A stretch of DNA of 64,000 nucleotides. Origin: a virus. The stretch covers positions 1 through 64,000 of IMG/VR virus record IMGVR_UViG_3300035086_000100. One strand, written 5' to 3'. Shown in pieces: positions 46,900-57,431 of this stretch (its first letter is position 1; every line of letters begins with the position of its first letter). Both the position numbers and the translations under genes were made by a program. The notes beneath the pieces are model-generated. The model did no database searches, was not told the origin of the DNA, and worked only from the letters and a program-made list of their open reading frames with translations.

Positions 46900-48868
46900 G
46901 ACGGCACCGCCCCGGGTGACCGGTCGCCTATGCGCCAGTTCTCGTCCCATGCCTTATCCATCGCGGACGGGTCGTACGTCGTCCCGGCCGCGATCGAGTG
47001 CATCGCCGCAGAGGGCGCACGGCGCTGGTAGTACTCGTCGTCAAAGTCGTGGAAGTGCGACCCGTGAATGATCCGGCCGTCGTCGGCGACGCCCAGCAGG
47101 TCATATTCGGCCTGCGGACCGCCGCACGCATCGCAGGCGGGCTCAAGTTCGGCGAGGCTGTCAGCCTCGGCAACTGCGGCAGCGAGCGCAGCCCGGCACT
47201 GGCGGCACAACGTCCCGGCACTGGCGGGCTCGCCGCACCAGCAGCAGTAGCGCCAGCGGTTCCGGATACGGGCGATGACGCTGAAGTCGCTGCGCCAGCG
47301 GCACTTCGGGCAGGCCAGCAGATCCAGGGGGTCAGGGTCGCCCGGCTCGGCGATCAGCGAGGCGCCGCACAGCGCGCGGGGGACCTTGATCCGCAGCCGG
47401 TCGAGCAGGCCCTGCCAGAAGCCGGCGACGTGGAGGAACGCGCTGTCCGGCGACTGCGCGAGCGGCTCGGTGGCTTCTACCTGCCAGCCCTGGTCGCAGA
47501 TCCAGAAACGTGCATCATCCGGATCCGGGTAGGCATCGCCGAGCGGGGACAGTGTGGCCATGCGCCAGGACGCCTGCACCCCGGACGGGGGCACGTGACG
47601 GGGGTCGGCGGCGATGATCCGCATCGTGCCGTCGCCCAGGATGCCCCAGATCACCGCGCCGGGCTCCATGTCCCGGGTGAGCATGTAGTAGCTGGTCATG
47701 ACGCCTCCCGGTTTTCGTCGCGCTTGGCGACCGCAGTGCCGGAGCAGGCGGGGCAGGCGGACAGGGTCAGTCCCCGCACGCCGGTCCACTCGCAGTCACC
47801 GCAGTTCCAGCGGGCAAGCGGCCTGCGCTTGGCGTTGCCGTAGGTCCGGGCGATCATGACGCCTCCCGGCTGTCGCGCTGAGCGAGATGCGCGTCCCATG
47901 CGCGGTCCGTCTCGCGCATCCACTCAGCGGCCGAACCGTTCCTCGCGTGCCAGCCCTCCCAGTACTGGGAGCCGCCGTCCGCGTGGTCGGCGTGGCGCTG
48001 CTCCTCGTCGGCCAGGGCCTGCTCTATCTCGGCCTCGGTCGGCTCACGGGCGCTCATCGGGAGCCTCCGTGGTCAGGGCAGTTGCCGTGCCAGTCGCACG
48101 ACTCGTGGTCGGTCTTGACCTCGCCGAACGAGCCGGTCGTGCCTGCCCCTCCGTCGCGTGAGCCAAGCCGGTGGTTACCCTCCGACCAGCGCTCGCCTTC
48201 GCTGCTTTCCAGCCAGGCGATGACCTCGGGGTCGTTCATGACGCCACCCGCCCGTCATAGGCGGTCTCGCAGGCGGCTGCGTAAGCGGCGGCTGCGGCGC
48301 CGATGCCGTTCGGGCACTGGTCGTCGGTCGTGACGACCCTGACTTCGCCTAGGTAGCGCTCCACCAGTGCGAAGCGTGCGGCAGGCCGGTCAAGGCGCAT
48401 CGCCTCGGTAGCCGGCTCGACCGTCAGGACCGGGACGGCGGGGAAGGCCCGGATGTTCACCGGACTAGCGACAGGATGCACTGCGAGCCGCTGGCGACCC
48501 GGTCCCGGTCCGCCAGCATCCTGCGTCCCATGATCCGGATGTCCCGCCGGAACGCCGCGATCATCGCGTCCTGCTCGGAGATCACGGCCAGCAGTTGCGT
48601 CCTTGTCATCTTGGTGACGGGGACGGGGGGTACTATCTCCACTTGAGTCAGTCCTTACTAGGGGATGCGGACTCGGATCAGCAGGGTCACCGTTTGCGGC
48701 GGTGGCCCTGCTTGCGTTCAGGGGGAAGTTCGCGGTCCCGCAGGAGTGGCCGTCAGCGGACCAGTAGACGGTCCCGCAGTTGCCGCAGACCGAAGTCATG
48801 CTCAAGCCGGCCGACCGGGGGGCGCAGGAGCGGCAGAGCGGCGGGATGGCTATCGGGGAGAAGTTCAT
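46896..48868 (-). other. Chain of small translationally coupled hypothetical genes (46896-47699, 47696-47857, 47854-48057, 48054-48239, 48457-48642 and others)
   Basis: Repeated GGAGGCGTCATGA-type RBS/start/stop overlaps. Confidence 0.55.
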
Positions 48869-49094
48869 GACTGGCCGCCCTGAGGCCATGCCGTCATGGA
48901 AGTGACGAAAGCGCCCGGCACCCGCCACTGAACGCCGACCCGCTTGGCGGGCCACGCGTCCTTGTCGGCTAGGTGCAGGCGCTTGTAAGTGGCGACGGAG
49001 ATCTTGAGCCGGTCACAGGCGATCTTGATCGGCAGCAACTCGCCATCGGTGCCCGTCAACTTCCGGACATCCGCAGAGGTGCCGTTGGTGCTCA
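48865..49094 (-). CDS. Excisionase-like HTH protein
   Basis: LLPIKIACDRLKISVATYKR..PAKRVGVQWRVP. Confidence 0.65.
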
Positions 49095-49132
49095 ACGCTG
49101 CTCCCTGTTGGCTGCAAGTACCATTCGGTTTC

Positions 49133-49173
49133 CTACCTAGGCCAATAGTAGGTAGTGCTAGCCAAGTCGTCAA
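49133..49173 (-). promoter_or_regulatory. Promoter of the transfer operon with overlapping inverted repeat
   Basis: TTGACG-17 bp-TACTAT on the minus strand; CTACCTA-N9-TAGGTAG at 49133-49155. Confidence 0.7.
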
Positions 49174-49267
49174 GGCTTGTTCATCAGTGAAAACCGGTGA
49201 ACTCGGGCGTAGCGGGTGGGGTTATGCCGCAGGAACGGAATCGGCCTAGGCAGATACCATGATTCGC

Positions 49268-50155
49268 ATGCAACCGATAGACCCCGACGACAAGCGGCAT
49301 CCGCACGTCCAGATCGCGGCCTCGATCCGCGCGGCGATCCTCACGGGAGAACTTGAGCCAGGCTCGCAACTTGACACCGGACAGGAACTGGCGGCCTTCT
49401 TCGGCGTGTCCCGCATGACCGTGGCTTCGGCGATCCGCACGCTCCGCGACGAGGGCTTCGTCCGCTCCCGCATGGGCAGCGGCGTGTTCGTCCGCGACCT
49501 GGCCAGCCTCCCCGCACCCGAAGGCGAGGAGCATCCGCTGGCCGGGACCGCGATGTTCCTGTTCGAGATAGGCCAGCTCAAGCACCAGCCCCGGTCGGGC
49601 TGGCTGCTGCTGGGCATCCCGCACCCGGAGAGCGTCGCCGAGCACTCATTCCGGGTCGGCGTCATCGGCCTGATCCTCGCGGCGATGGACGGTGCCGACG
49701 TCGGGCGCACTGCCGCCCTGGGCCTGATGCACGACGCGCACGAAACCCGGATCGGCGACGTTCCCTCAGTCGGCCGCGCCTACGTCACCACGGCGGACCC
49801 CGAAGCCATCACGGCCCACCAGGTCGCGAAGATGCCCGACGAGGCATCGAAGGCCGTGCAGGAACTCACCGCCGAGTACGAGGCGAACGTGACCCGCGAG
49901 GCGCGGCTGGCCCACGACGCGGACAAGATCGAGACGCTGCTGCAGGCCACCGAGTACCAGGCGCAGGGACATGACACCGAGACGTGGCGGGAGAACTCGG
50001 TAGCGGCACTGCGCACCGAACCAGGCCAGCGGCTGGCCCAGGCCATAGGCGCAGGCGACTCGCGGTGGTGGGCGCCATTCAATGCGTCCTACCTCGAATT
50101 GCATGCCAGTGCGCGCAACCGCACTCAGGCAAGCCGGCCCGACGAGGAGGGATGA
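49268..50155 (+). CDS. GntR-family HTH fused to an HD-domain hydrolase (YfbR-like)
   Basis: QIAASIRAAI..LAAFFGVSRMTV..GSGVFV; RSGW..ESVAEHS..HD..E..GD..HDADK. Confidence 0.88.
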   Translation: MQPIDPDDKRHPHVQIAASIRAAILTGELEPGSQLDTGQELAAFFGVSRMTVASAIRTLRDEGFVRSRMGSGVFVRDLASLPAPEGEEHPLAGTAMFLFEIGQLKHQPRSGWLLLGIPHPESVAEHSFRVGVIGLILAAMDGADVGRTAALGLMHDAHETRIGDVPSVGRAYVTTADPEAITAHQVAKMPDEASKAVQELTAEYEANVTREARLAHDADKIETLLQATEYQAQGHDTETWRENSVAALRTEPGQRLAQAIGAGDSRWWAPFNASYLELHASARNRTQASRPDEEG

Positions 50156-50925
50156 TGCGCGCCGCGATGGCCACCGAGCCCGGCGACGCGGACGTCCCCA
50201 ACGAGGACTGGTTCGGCATTGCCCCGGAAGCCGTCGTCGTGCTCGACGGCGTGACGGTACGGGCAGGCATCGAGTCAGGCTGCGGCCACGGAACGCCCTG
50301 GTACGTCCGGCGGCTCGGCGGCATGCTCATGGACGGCATCATCGCGGGCGGGCTTCCGCTCGCCGATGCGCTCGCGGGCGGCATCAGCGCCGTAGCCGCG
50401 CAGCATGCCGGGACCTGTGACCTGGGGACAGTCGGCGCACCTTCAGCCGCCGTGGGCATTGTGAGGCTCACGGGCGGCCGGGCCGACTGGCTGGTCCTTG
50501 CCGATATCAGCGTCGTTCTCGGCGAGCCCGGCGGGGTACGGGTGATCTCCGACAAGCGGGTAGACGACTCGGTGGCGGGGATCAGCGTCACCGGCCCGGC
50601 TGTTGGCCAGCGGATCGGCGAGGCCCGCACCGCGCACCGCAACCGGCCCGGCGGCTACTGGGTGGCCGCAGCCGATCCCGAGGCGGCGGCGCACGCGGTA
50701 ACCGGGTCGGCGCCGCTGGGGGACCTGCACCGGCTCGCGGTGATGACGGACGGCGCCTCGCGGCTGGCCGACATGTTCGGGATGCCGTGGCCTGACGTGC
50801 TGGCAATAGACCCCGGCGACCTGATCGCGATGGTCCGCAAGCACGAGGCGGACGACGCCGGACGGGTGCGCTACCCGCGCTTCAAGGTCAGCGACGACGC
50901 GACCGCCGTAGCGGTTTCGCCCTGA
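50152..50925 (+). CDS. PP2C-like phosphatase
   Basis: NED, VLDG, MTDG, DDAT motifs. Confidence 0.8.
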   Translation: MMRAAMATEPGDADVPNEDWFGIAPEAVVVLDGVTVRAGIESGCGHGTPWYVRRLGGMLMDGIIAGGLPLADALAGGISAVAAQHAGTCDLGTVGAPSAAVGIVRLTGGRADWLVLADISVVLGEPGGVRVISDKRVDDSVAGISVTGPAVGQRIGEARTAHRNRPGGYWVAAADPEAAAHAVTGSAPLGDLHRLAVMTDGASRLADMFGMPWPDVLAIDPGDLIAMVRKHEADDAGRVRYPRFKVSDDATAVAVSP

Positions 50926-50942
50926 GGGAATTGGGAGTCCGG

Positions 50943-51362
50943 ATGCCCAGAGCTGACCGTCCCGCCCCGCCGTACGTCCAGATCGCCGGCTACTACCGCG
51001 ACGAGATCGCCAGCGGGCAGCGCCGGGCGGGCGAACGCCTTCCGTCTATCGCCGCGATAGCCGAAGGCTGGGCAGTGGCGGCGGCCACTGCGGCGAAGGC
51101 AATCGGCCTGCTCTGCGACGAGGGGCTGATCTCCACGTCGCCACAGGGAAGCTTCGTCCTGCCGCACGGCACGGAAGGCAAGATCGACGCCGCGATCACG
51201 GCGGCTGACGCGGCGCTGAGCGCTATCCGCCTCCTGGCAGACCCCCGGGAGAAAGCCGAAGCCGCCGGGCGGCTCGTGAGCGGACTGCGCGCCCGTTCAG
51301 ATGAGGCCGACCGTATCCGGCATGCCGGCCGCGATGACGAGACCGGTGAAAACCCGGCCTGA
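50943..51362 (+). CDS. GntR-family HTH regulator
   Basis: PPYVQIAGYYRDEI..GERLPS..GSFV. Confidence 0.82.
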   Translation: MPRADRPAPPYVQIAGYYRDEIASGQRRAGERLPSIAAIAEGWAVAAATAAKAIGLLCDEGLISTSPQGSFVLPHGTEGKIDAAITAADAALSAIRLLADPREKAEAAGRLVSGLRARSDEADRIRHAGRDDETGENPA

Positions 51363-51528
51363 CCGCTAGGCTGCCCTTCAGAACTGAAAATGCCCCGGCT
51401 CTGCCTCTGACAACAGAGCACGGGGCGCGTCAACACCGAACCCCTGAAAGAACACGGTGCGACATGCACACGGTACATCCCGGCACTGACATTCCGCGCA
51501 CCCCGCTCGCGACAAGCCGCGCCGGCCG

Positions 51529-52227
51529 GTGATCGAGTCCTGGCTGAAAGCCATCCGCGACCATCCTGACCGGCCGCCAGCCACAGAGCAGGTCGTGCTC
51601 GAACGCCTCGCGCTGCGGCTGGACTGGGTGACCGGCAAAGGGTTCTGCAGCGTCCAGCAGCTCATGGAGGACACCCCGGCGGGCAAGCGGACGGTACTCC
51701 GTGCCCTCGCGTGGGCGCAGTCCGAGCCCGTGGCGATCCTCGAACAGACCCGCCGCGGCGGGCGGCGGGGCGCCGGCTACACGCTGGCGTCGGAGTGGGC
51801 GCTGGCCGTGCCCGAAAGCCAAGGTGCCGCTGACGGCACCTTGAGGCTCGTTCCCAAGGTGCCAGATGAGGCACCCCAAGGTGCCAGCTCAGCACCACCA
51901 TCAAGACCTGTACTACATCAAGACCTAAAAGAAGGTGATGACTCACTGGTCCCGCGACGCGCCCGACCTTCGGTCAGGCGAATTGACGCGATCAGATTCG
52001 TTCGCCTCGCTGCTGCCGAGGTTTACGGCCAGGACGAAGCCGACTACCTCACGGACAGCCAGTGCGCCGCGCTCTGGTACCACCTGATCGGCCGCAAGCG
52101 GCCGGGCAACCCGGTGAAGTACCTCAGCAAGCCGTTCCGCGACGCGCCGTACCTCGACACCCACGTGGCCAACGCCGGCGACGAAGAAGACTGGGAGGCC
52201 GAGATGACAGGAGTGCTGGCCGCATGA
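51529..52227 (+). CDS. Winged-HTH protein (replication-initiator-like N-terminus)
   Basis: GFCSVQQLMEDT..KRTVLRAL. Confidence 0.5.
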   Translation: MIESWLKAIRDHPDRPPATEQVVLERLALRLDWVTGKGFCSVQQLMEDTPAGKRTVLRALAWAQSEPVAILEQTRRGGRRGAGYTLASEWALAVPESQGAADGTLRLVPKVPDEAPQGASSAPPSRPVLHQDLKEGDDSLVPRRARPSVRRIDAIRFVRLAAAEVYGQDEADYLTDSQCAALWYHLIGRKRPGNPVKYLSKPFRDAPYLDTHVANAGDEEDWEAEMTGVLAA

Positions 52228-52538
52228 CGCCCGCCCATGAAGGTCCCCGGCTTGCGCGGCTGTGCGCGGTCAGGGACAACCGCACATTGTCAACGTCCGC
52301 CAAGCTCGCCTACGCCACGCTGGCGCTTTACGAGCCCGGCGAGCATCCGAGCGTCACGGACATTGCCGCAGCCATGAGCGTGAGCCGCACCACGGCGCTG
52401 AAGGCACTCCGCGATCTGGAGGCAGCCCGCGCCATCAGGGTGACAGGGAGGCGCAAGGGGCGCGGCAGCCGTGAGGTGAACACCTACGAGCTTCTGTCGC
52501 TCGCTCATCTGGCGTCGGCGTCAGGCGAGGATTCGTGA
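52224..52538 (+). CDS. Helix-turn-helix protein
   Basis: LSTSAKLAY..PSVTDIAAAMSVSRTTALKALRDLE..NTY. Confidence 0.7.
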   Translation: MTPAHEGPRLARLCAVRDNRTLSTSAKLAYATLALYEPGEHPSVTDIAAAMSVSRTTALKALRDLEAARAIRVTGRRKGRGSREVNTYELLSLAHLASASGEDS

Positions 52539-52612
52539 GTCCCGCATGTCCGCTCGGCGCGTTTTATCCCGGCACCGTGCCCGCTGGGACGCTGCGGGTT
52601 ACCCTTGCTCCC

Positions 52613-52954
52613 ATGACCGCCGAGCCGCTCCCCGAACCGGATCTCGACACGCTGGCCCGCCATGTCCTGCCCGGCAAGATCGACGCCGTGGCCTACGGGC
52701 TGAGCGTCCTGCATGCCGACGTGCGGGCGATCCGGCTGACGCAGGGAGAGCACGGCCTGATGCTCTCCGATCACGGCGAGATGCTGGCACGGCACGGCCT
52801 GCGGCTGGACTCGATCGATGCCACGCTCAGGCAGCACTCCGAGGCGCTGGGCGCGGCCGGGGAACGACTGGGAGCAATCGAGGCGAAGCTTGACGGGCAC
52901 GGCGAGCTGCTGGCGGAGATCCTGCGGCGGCTCCCGGAGAAGCCTGAGGCGTGA
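52613..52954 (+). CDS. Heptad-repeat coiled-coil protein
   Basis: TACCCT box before ATG; LxxHG heptads. Confidence 0.55.
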   Translation: MTAEPLPEPDLDTLARHVLPGKIDAVAYGLSVLHADVRAIRLTQGEHGLMLSDHGEMLARHGLRLDSIDATLRQHSEALGAAGERLGAIEAKLDGHGELLAEILRRLPEKPEA

Positions 52955-52992
52955 GGTAGAGCGCCGATGACGGTTTGATTCTGTCATTCCCT

Positions 52993-53031
52993 CAGCCCCG
53001 GTCCCCGGACGAGCCGGGAGTAGCCGGGGCT
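52993..53031. terminator. GC-rich hairpin, possible terminator
   Basis: CAGCCCCGG...CCGGGGCTG. Confidence 0.4.
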
Positions 53032-53056
53032 GGCGCATCTCCGATGATCTCCCCTG

Positions 53057-53099
53057 TTGACAGGTGCTAACCACCTATGCCAATATGGTGGTAAGCACC
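53057..53099 (+). promoter_or_regulatory. Promoter with inverted 13-bp operator boxes
   Basis: TTGACA-18 bp-CAATAT; GGTGCTAACCACC and GGTGGTAAGCACC. Confidence 0.75.
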
Positions 53100-53116
53100 C
53101 AGGACAGGAGCAAGAG

Positions 53117-53419
53117 ATGCCAGCCATGTCAACACCAGTTATCGCGGCCAGCGAACTCATCGACGAACTCGCCCGCCGCAGCTACGAGCCGCAGGAGGAC
53201 GCGCCCGAGTTCATCCGCGCCGACCTGACATTCACCGTCCTGGATTCCGTGCTCGGCACTGTCCGCGTGATCGTCGATGACGGGGTCGCGGTGATCGGTT
53301 TCGACCGGAACGGCGTCACGATGTGGTCGGCCCGCTTCGACAATGCCGCGCCGCTCGCTGCCATCGCCGGCGCGATCGACGCAGCCGAGGCCGATGCGAG
53401 AGTCGCGTTCGGTGCCTAA
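53117..53419 (+). CDS. Hypothetical protein
   Basis: RBS AGGAG downstream of the promoter. Confidence 0.6.
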   Translation: MPAMSTPVIAASELIDELARRSYEPQEDAPEFIRADLTFTVLDSVLGTVRVIVDDGVAVIGFDRNGVTMWSARFDNAAPLAAIAGAIDAAEADARVAFGA

Positions 53420-53600
53420 CCAGCACAAGAACCCGATGCTCGCCTTCCACCCCGACGACCCGAGCATCGGTGACTGGGCAAGGGCGGAAGCAGAACGGCG
53501 CGGAGTGGCGCTCAAGGTGGTCCTTGAGGAAGCCGTGACCGAGTACCGGGCATCACATGGCAACTCACCAGAGGGAACCCAGCAAGGAGAGCAGAAATGA
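53412..53600 (+). CDS. Ribbon-helix-helix-like regulator
   Basis: QHKNPMLAFHP..W..AERRG..KVVLEEAVTEYR; similar to 7272-7514. Confidence 0.6.
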   Translation: MPNQHKNPMLAFHPDDPSIGDWARAEAERRGVALKVVLEEAVTEYRASHGNSPEGTQQGEQK

Positions 53601-54614
53601 CCGAGACGACCACCCGGACCGGACGCTTCCAGATCGGCACCGTGGAAATCACCCGGACGCGGATCTACCCGCTAGACCCGTGGCTGCCGGACCACGTCAA
53701 GGAGACCGCCGCTCAGGTGGTCGTCCAGCCCGGCACCTACCCGGTCTACCGGGACGGTCTGAGTTACTACTGGCGGATGACCGGGTTCCTGAACCACCGG
53801 CACTACCGCATGGGCGACGGCATGTTCGCCATCAACGCCGCCGACGTGCCCAGCGACGATGACGTGGTGTTCTACTCGATGCGCTACGGCCCCGACGAGT
53901 GGGCCGAACTCCTCAACGGCTACGACACCGACCCGGACCCGAGGCTCATCTTCACGCTCAACCTGGGCGAGATGTGGCCGGTTCAGGGCGGCACCGAAGG
54001 AGAGCAGGAGCGATGACCGGGACGACTATTCAACTGCCGAGGCCGGCTAGCGGCGAGCACCTGAACCGGATAGCGCGGGCGGCACCCGGCGCAAAAGACT
54101 CGGTCCTCGGCATGGCGATGGATGACGAATGGACTCCGGTCGCCGCCTACCCGGCACTGGAAGACGGCGCGGACGCGGCCGGCGCGGTCGTCTCGGTCAT
54201 CCGCATGCCGGCGATGTTCTACCGGATCGCCAGCGAGGAAGCGGGCATCGACCTGACCACCGGGACGGACATGCATGATCTCGCCCACGACATAGCCGAG
54301 GCGATCTGCGGCGGCATGCTCGGGGTGTCCGGGGATGACACAGGAGGCGAGCGGCCATGAATGCCTACGTGGACCGGGAGAGCTACTACGACCGGGAACT
54401 TGACGAACTGCACGCCCATGAGGCTAAGGAGGCTGCGATGGCAGGCCAGCCGAACACCAACTACGACATTGCCGCAGACGCCCTGGACGGCCGGCTTGAG
54501 TATGACGCGGCACCCTGCGAGCGGGACCGGGAAGTCGCCGAAGCTCAGGCTTACGCGACCCTGGCCCTGTGCGACGAAGTCCGGCGGCTGGCGGACGCGC
54601 TCGCCAGTCAGTAG
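53597..54614 (+). other. Three hypothetical genes (53597-54016, 54013-54360, 54357-54614)
   Basis: ATGA overlaps with RBS. Confidence 0.6.
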
Positions 54615-55169
54615 CGGGCGAAGCTGCCTAGCACGCGAAAAAGCACCCCCGGCCCCTCTGCGCCGTGCCCGCTGTTACCAGGCGCGGAACGAGGGAACCG
54701 GGGGTGCTTCCGGTAGTGGTGCGGCGGTGGCAAATCGTCGCGCCAGCCAGCGTAGCAAGACGGCGGATGACGGGAAGGGTGATCCGGTAGCCGCCCGGGA
54801 CGCGGCTGGCGGGCGGGCGGCGCTCTTGCTACCGTGACCCTGCAGCGCAGCGAGAAAAGGATCAGCCCGCTACCGCGAACTCCCCGATCGCGGCGGCGGG
54901 CTGATCCGCTTCGCCGCCCCGGTGCAGGCCCGGAACCGGGGGATAAGGGGTTCCTGCCCCGCGGAGGGACGGCTTCCGCCCGGAGGACCGGAGCACGGGG
55001 GTGACTCCGCCTGGCCGGGCTGGATCCACTATCGCACGGCGTTGGCGGGCACGCAGCGATTGGCGGGCGAAACGGCGTGGCTGGCGCCAGAATGTCCCGC
55101 GCTCAGGTACCTGTGCAAGGGCATCTGCCGACGTATCGGCAGAGATGCCTGCACAGATACGATGCCGCG

Positions 55170-56558
55170 ATGAGTGAGGCACTGAGCGCCGCCGTGTACT
55201 GCCGCATGTCACTGGCCGTCATGGGCGACACGACGAAGGTCGAGGACCAGGAGCGGATCTGCCGGGAACTGTGCGAGCGGCTTGGCTGGCGGGTGCATGA
55301 CGTGTACGCCGACAACAACAAGTCGGCGTGGCAGAAGAACCGCAAGCGCCCGGCCTGGGACCGGATGCTCGCCGACGTCGACGCGGGCCTGATCGGCGCG
55401 ATCGTGGTCTACCACGGCGACCGGCTGGTGCGGCGGCCTCAGGATCTCGCCAAACTCATCGAGCTGGCCGACAGCAAGGGCCTGCGGCTGGCCTCGCCGA
55501 CCGGCACGCGCAACCTCGACAACGGCGACGACCGGTTCATCGTGTGGATCGAGGCCGCCGCGCAGGAGCGCTCCTCCTATGACACGTCGCGGCGCAAGAT
55601 CACCCAGTACGAGCGGATGCGGCGTGAAGGCAAGGTGCGCCCTGGCGGCAGGGGCGGCCGGTCCTACGGCTTCCGGGGCGACAACCTGACGATGATCGAG
55701 TCGGAGGCCGCGAACCTGCGGGAGGCCGCCGCCCGGATCCTGGGCGGGGAGGGCGCCGGGGCGGTCGCCGCCGACTTCACCGCGCGGGGCATCGTGACCC
55801 AGACCGGGATCCCGTTCACCTACGCCACCTTGCCGCAGCTCCTCAAGCGCCCGCGGTACGCGGGCCTGATGCCGGACGGGGTACAGCAGGCGGCATGGGA
55901 GCCGGTGCTGGAGCGGTCGCAGTGGGAGGCGCTGCGCGCGGTGCTCGGAAACCGGTCGGCCGGGTACGGGTACGCGGTGAACTCGCGCCGCTACCTGCTG
56001 TCCGGGATCGCCGAGTGCGGGTTCGGGGACTGCGGGGCGCCGCTGCAGATCCGGCACACCCGGGTCCGCGGCGACGGGCCGCCGAACGTCGGCTACGCCT
56101 GCATCAGGCCGGGCTGCCGCAAGACCTACCGGTCGCGGGTGATGCTCGACGCCTACGTGAGCCAGCGGGTGGTCTCGCTGCTGAACCAGGAAGGCAACCC
56201 GGAGCCGGCGGCGCCGCGGACGCCGGGGCTGGCCGAGCGGTACGCGGCGGCGGACGCGCAGCGCCGCGAGATCGAGGAGGTTCTCGCCGACCCGTCGCGG
56301 GGGTCGGTCCCGGCGCTGCTGAAGCGGCTGGACCGGGTGAACGCGACGCTGGCGGAACTGAGGGACCTGTCGGCGGGCGACGCCCGGTCCCGGCTCAGGA
56401 CCCGGTACGCGGGCCTGACCCTGGAGGAGTTCAGGGGCCTGCCGCTGGCGGTGCGCCGCTCGCTGGTGGCCGCCTACTTCCGGGTCGTCGTCCTGCCGTC
56501 GTCGAAGAAAGGGCCGGGGTTCCGCACCGAGGACGTCCGGATGATCCCGCGCGGCTGA
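55170..56558 (+). CDS. int: Large serine integrase
   Basis: YCRMS, DRLVR, recombinase domain, LLSGIAEC..CG Zn ribbon, coiled coil. Confidence 0.95.
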   Translation: MSEALSAAVYCRMSLAVMGDTTKVEDQERICRELCERLGWRVHDVYADNNKSAWQKNRKRPAWDRMLADVDAGLIGAIVVYHGDRLVRRPQDLAKLIELADSKGLRLASPTGTRNLDNGDDRFIVWIEAAAQERSSYDTSRRKITQYERMRREGKVRPGGRGGRSYGFRGDNLTMIESEAANLREAAARILGGEGAGAVAADFTARGIVTQTGIPFTYATLPQLLKRPRYAGLMPDGVQQAAWEPVLERSQWEALRAVLGNRSAGYGYAVNSRRYLLSGIAECGFGDCGAPLQIRHTRVRGDGPPNVGYACIRPGCRKTYRSRVMLDAYVSQRVVSLLNQEGNPEPAAPRTPGLAERYAAADAQRREIEEVLADPSRGSVPALLKRLDRVNATLAELRDLSAGDARSRLRTRYAGLTLEEFRGLPLAVRRSLVAAYFRVVVLPSSKKGPGFRTEDVRMIPRG

Positions 56559-56730
56559 CCTGCCGTTTCCGGAATGGGCGGGTAATCGGTCCGGTGCTGC
56601 AAAGTAAGCCTTGCACATTGCGTGACGACCTGATTACATATCGTGAGCTTGCCTGAAGGGCGACTCCGGACCCCGGCCGCCCTGCTTGCAAACGGCGGGC
56701 ACGTGCCGACCGGGGGAGGACACGCGCAAC

Positions 56731-57015
56731 ATGGGTTACAGGCTCGAAACGGGGATGAGAACGGCGCTCGGATGGGCGTCGGCCGCATTGTGGGTTGCCG
56801 CGGCGGGGGAGACCCTGGCCGGCGTGCGGGCGAACCTGGTGATCGCGACCGGGCTGATCGCGCTCGCGGCGAGGGAAAGGCCCGGGAGGCGGCTGCAGGA
56901 CACGGGGCCGACCGAGCAGGACTACCGCAAGGTCATCCGTGCCTACGATGCCGCGACCCGCCCGGATCCGTCGCGTGCGGCCGGTCCTCAGGCTCAGCTT
57001 CGTTCCGTTCGATGA
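56731..57015 (+). CDS. Small membrane protein
   Basis: RBS GGAGG; two hydrophobic segments. Confidence 0.5.
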   Translation: MGYRLETGMRTALGWASAALWVAAAGETLAGVRANLVIATGLIALAARERPGRRLQDTGPTEQDYRKVIRAYDAATRPDPSRAAGPQAQLRSVR

Positions 57016-57304
57016 ACGCGATGGCCTGCGCCCCGCGTTCCGGCCCCAGCTCGTCCAGCAGGATCGCGCGGCCGGCGGGGCTCAGGCCCGCATCCCGCCT
57101 GTCGTCATCCAGGCTGATGCCGAGAACTTCCTCAAGCGCGCCGATGGAGGACTTCGGCTGAGAGCGCCCGTTCTCCCAGTCGTTCACCGTCCGCACCCCG
57201 ACGCTCAGCTCGGCGGCTAGCCGCTGCTGGGTCCACCTTTTCCGCTCGCGGGCACGGCGGATTCGCTTGCCCAGCGTGGGCTCTGGTCGCATGCGCCTAA
57301 TCAT
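56933..57304 (-). CDS. XRE-family immunity repressor
   Basis: LGKRIRRARE..WTQQRLAAELSVGVRTVNDWENGRSQP; divergent from the early operon. Confidence 0.85.
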   Translation of the reverse strand: MIRRMRPEPTLGKRIRRARERKRWTQQRLAAELSVGVRTVNDWENGRSQPKSSIGALEEVLGISLDDDRRDAGLSPAGRAILLDELGPERGAQAIAFIERNEAEPEDRPHATDPGGSRHRRHG

Positions 57305-57431
57305 GGTGGCGCGTGTCTGGGCAGGTCAAGGCACTTGGCCGCACTTCACGGCGACATTTCCCGCTACGCGAACCTGCCGCGACCTGCCGGTTCCCGCTTG
57401 ACTCTGTGCCCCAACATGCCTAGTCTCGCTC

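Noticed and set aside
47697-48880. Repeated CATGACGCCTCCCGG-like sequence as a regulatory repeat
   Set aside because: Explained by RBS plus ATGA start/stop overlaps in coupled small genes
55209-56656. Alternative long ORFs overlapping the integrase
   Set aside because: Shadow frames of the clear serine integrase
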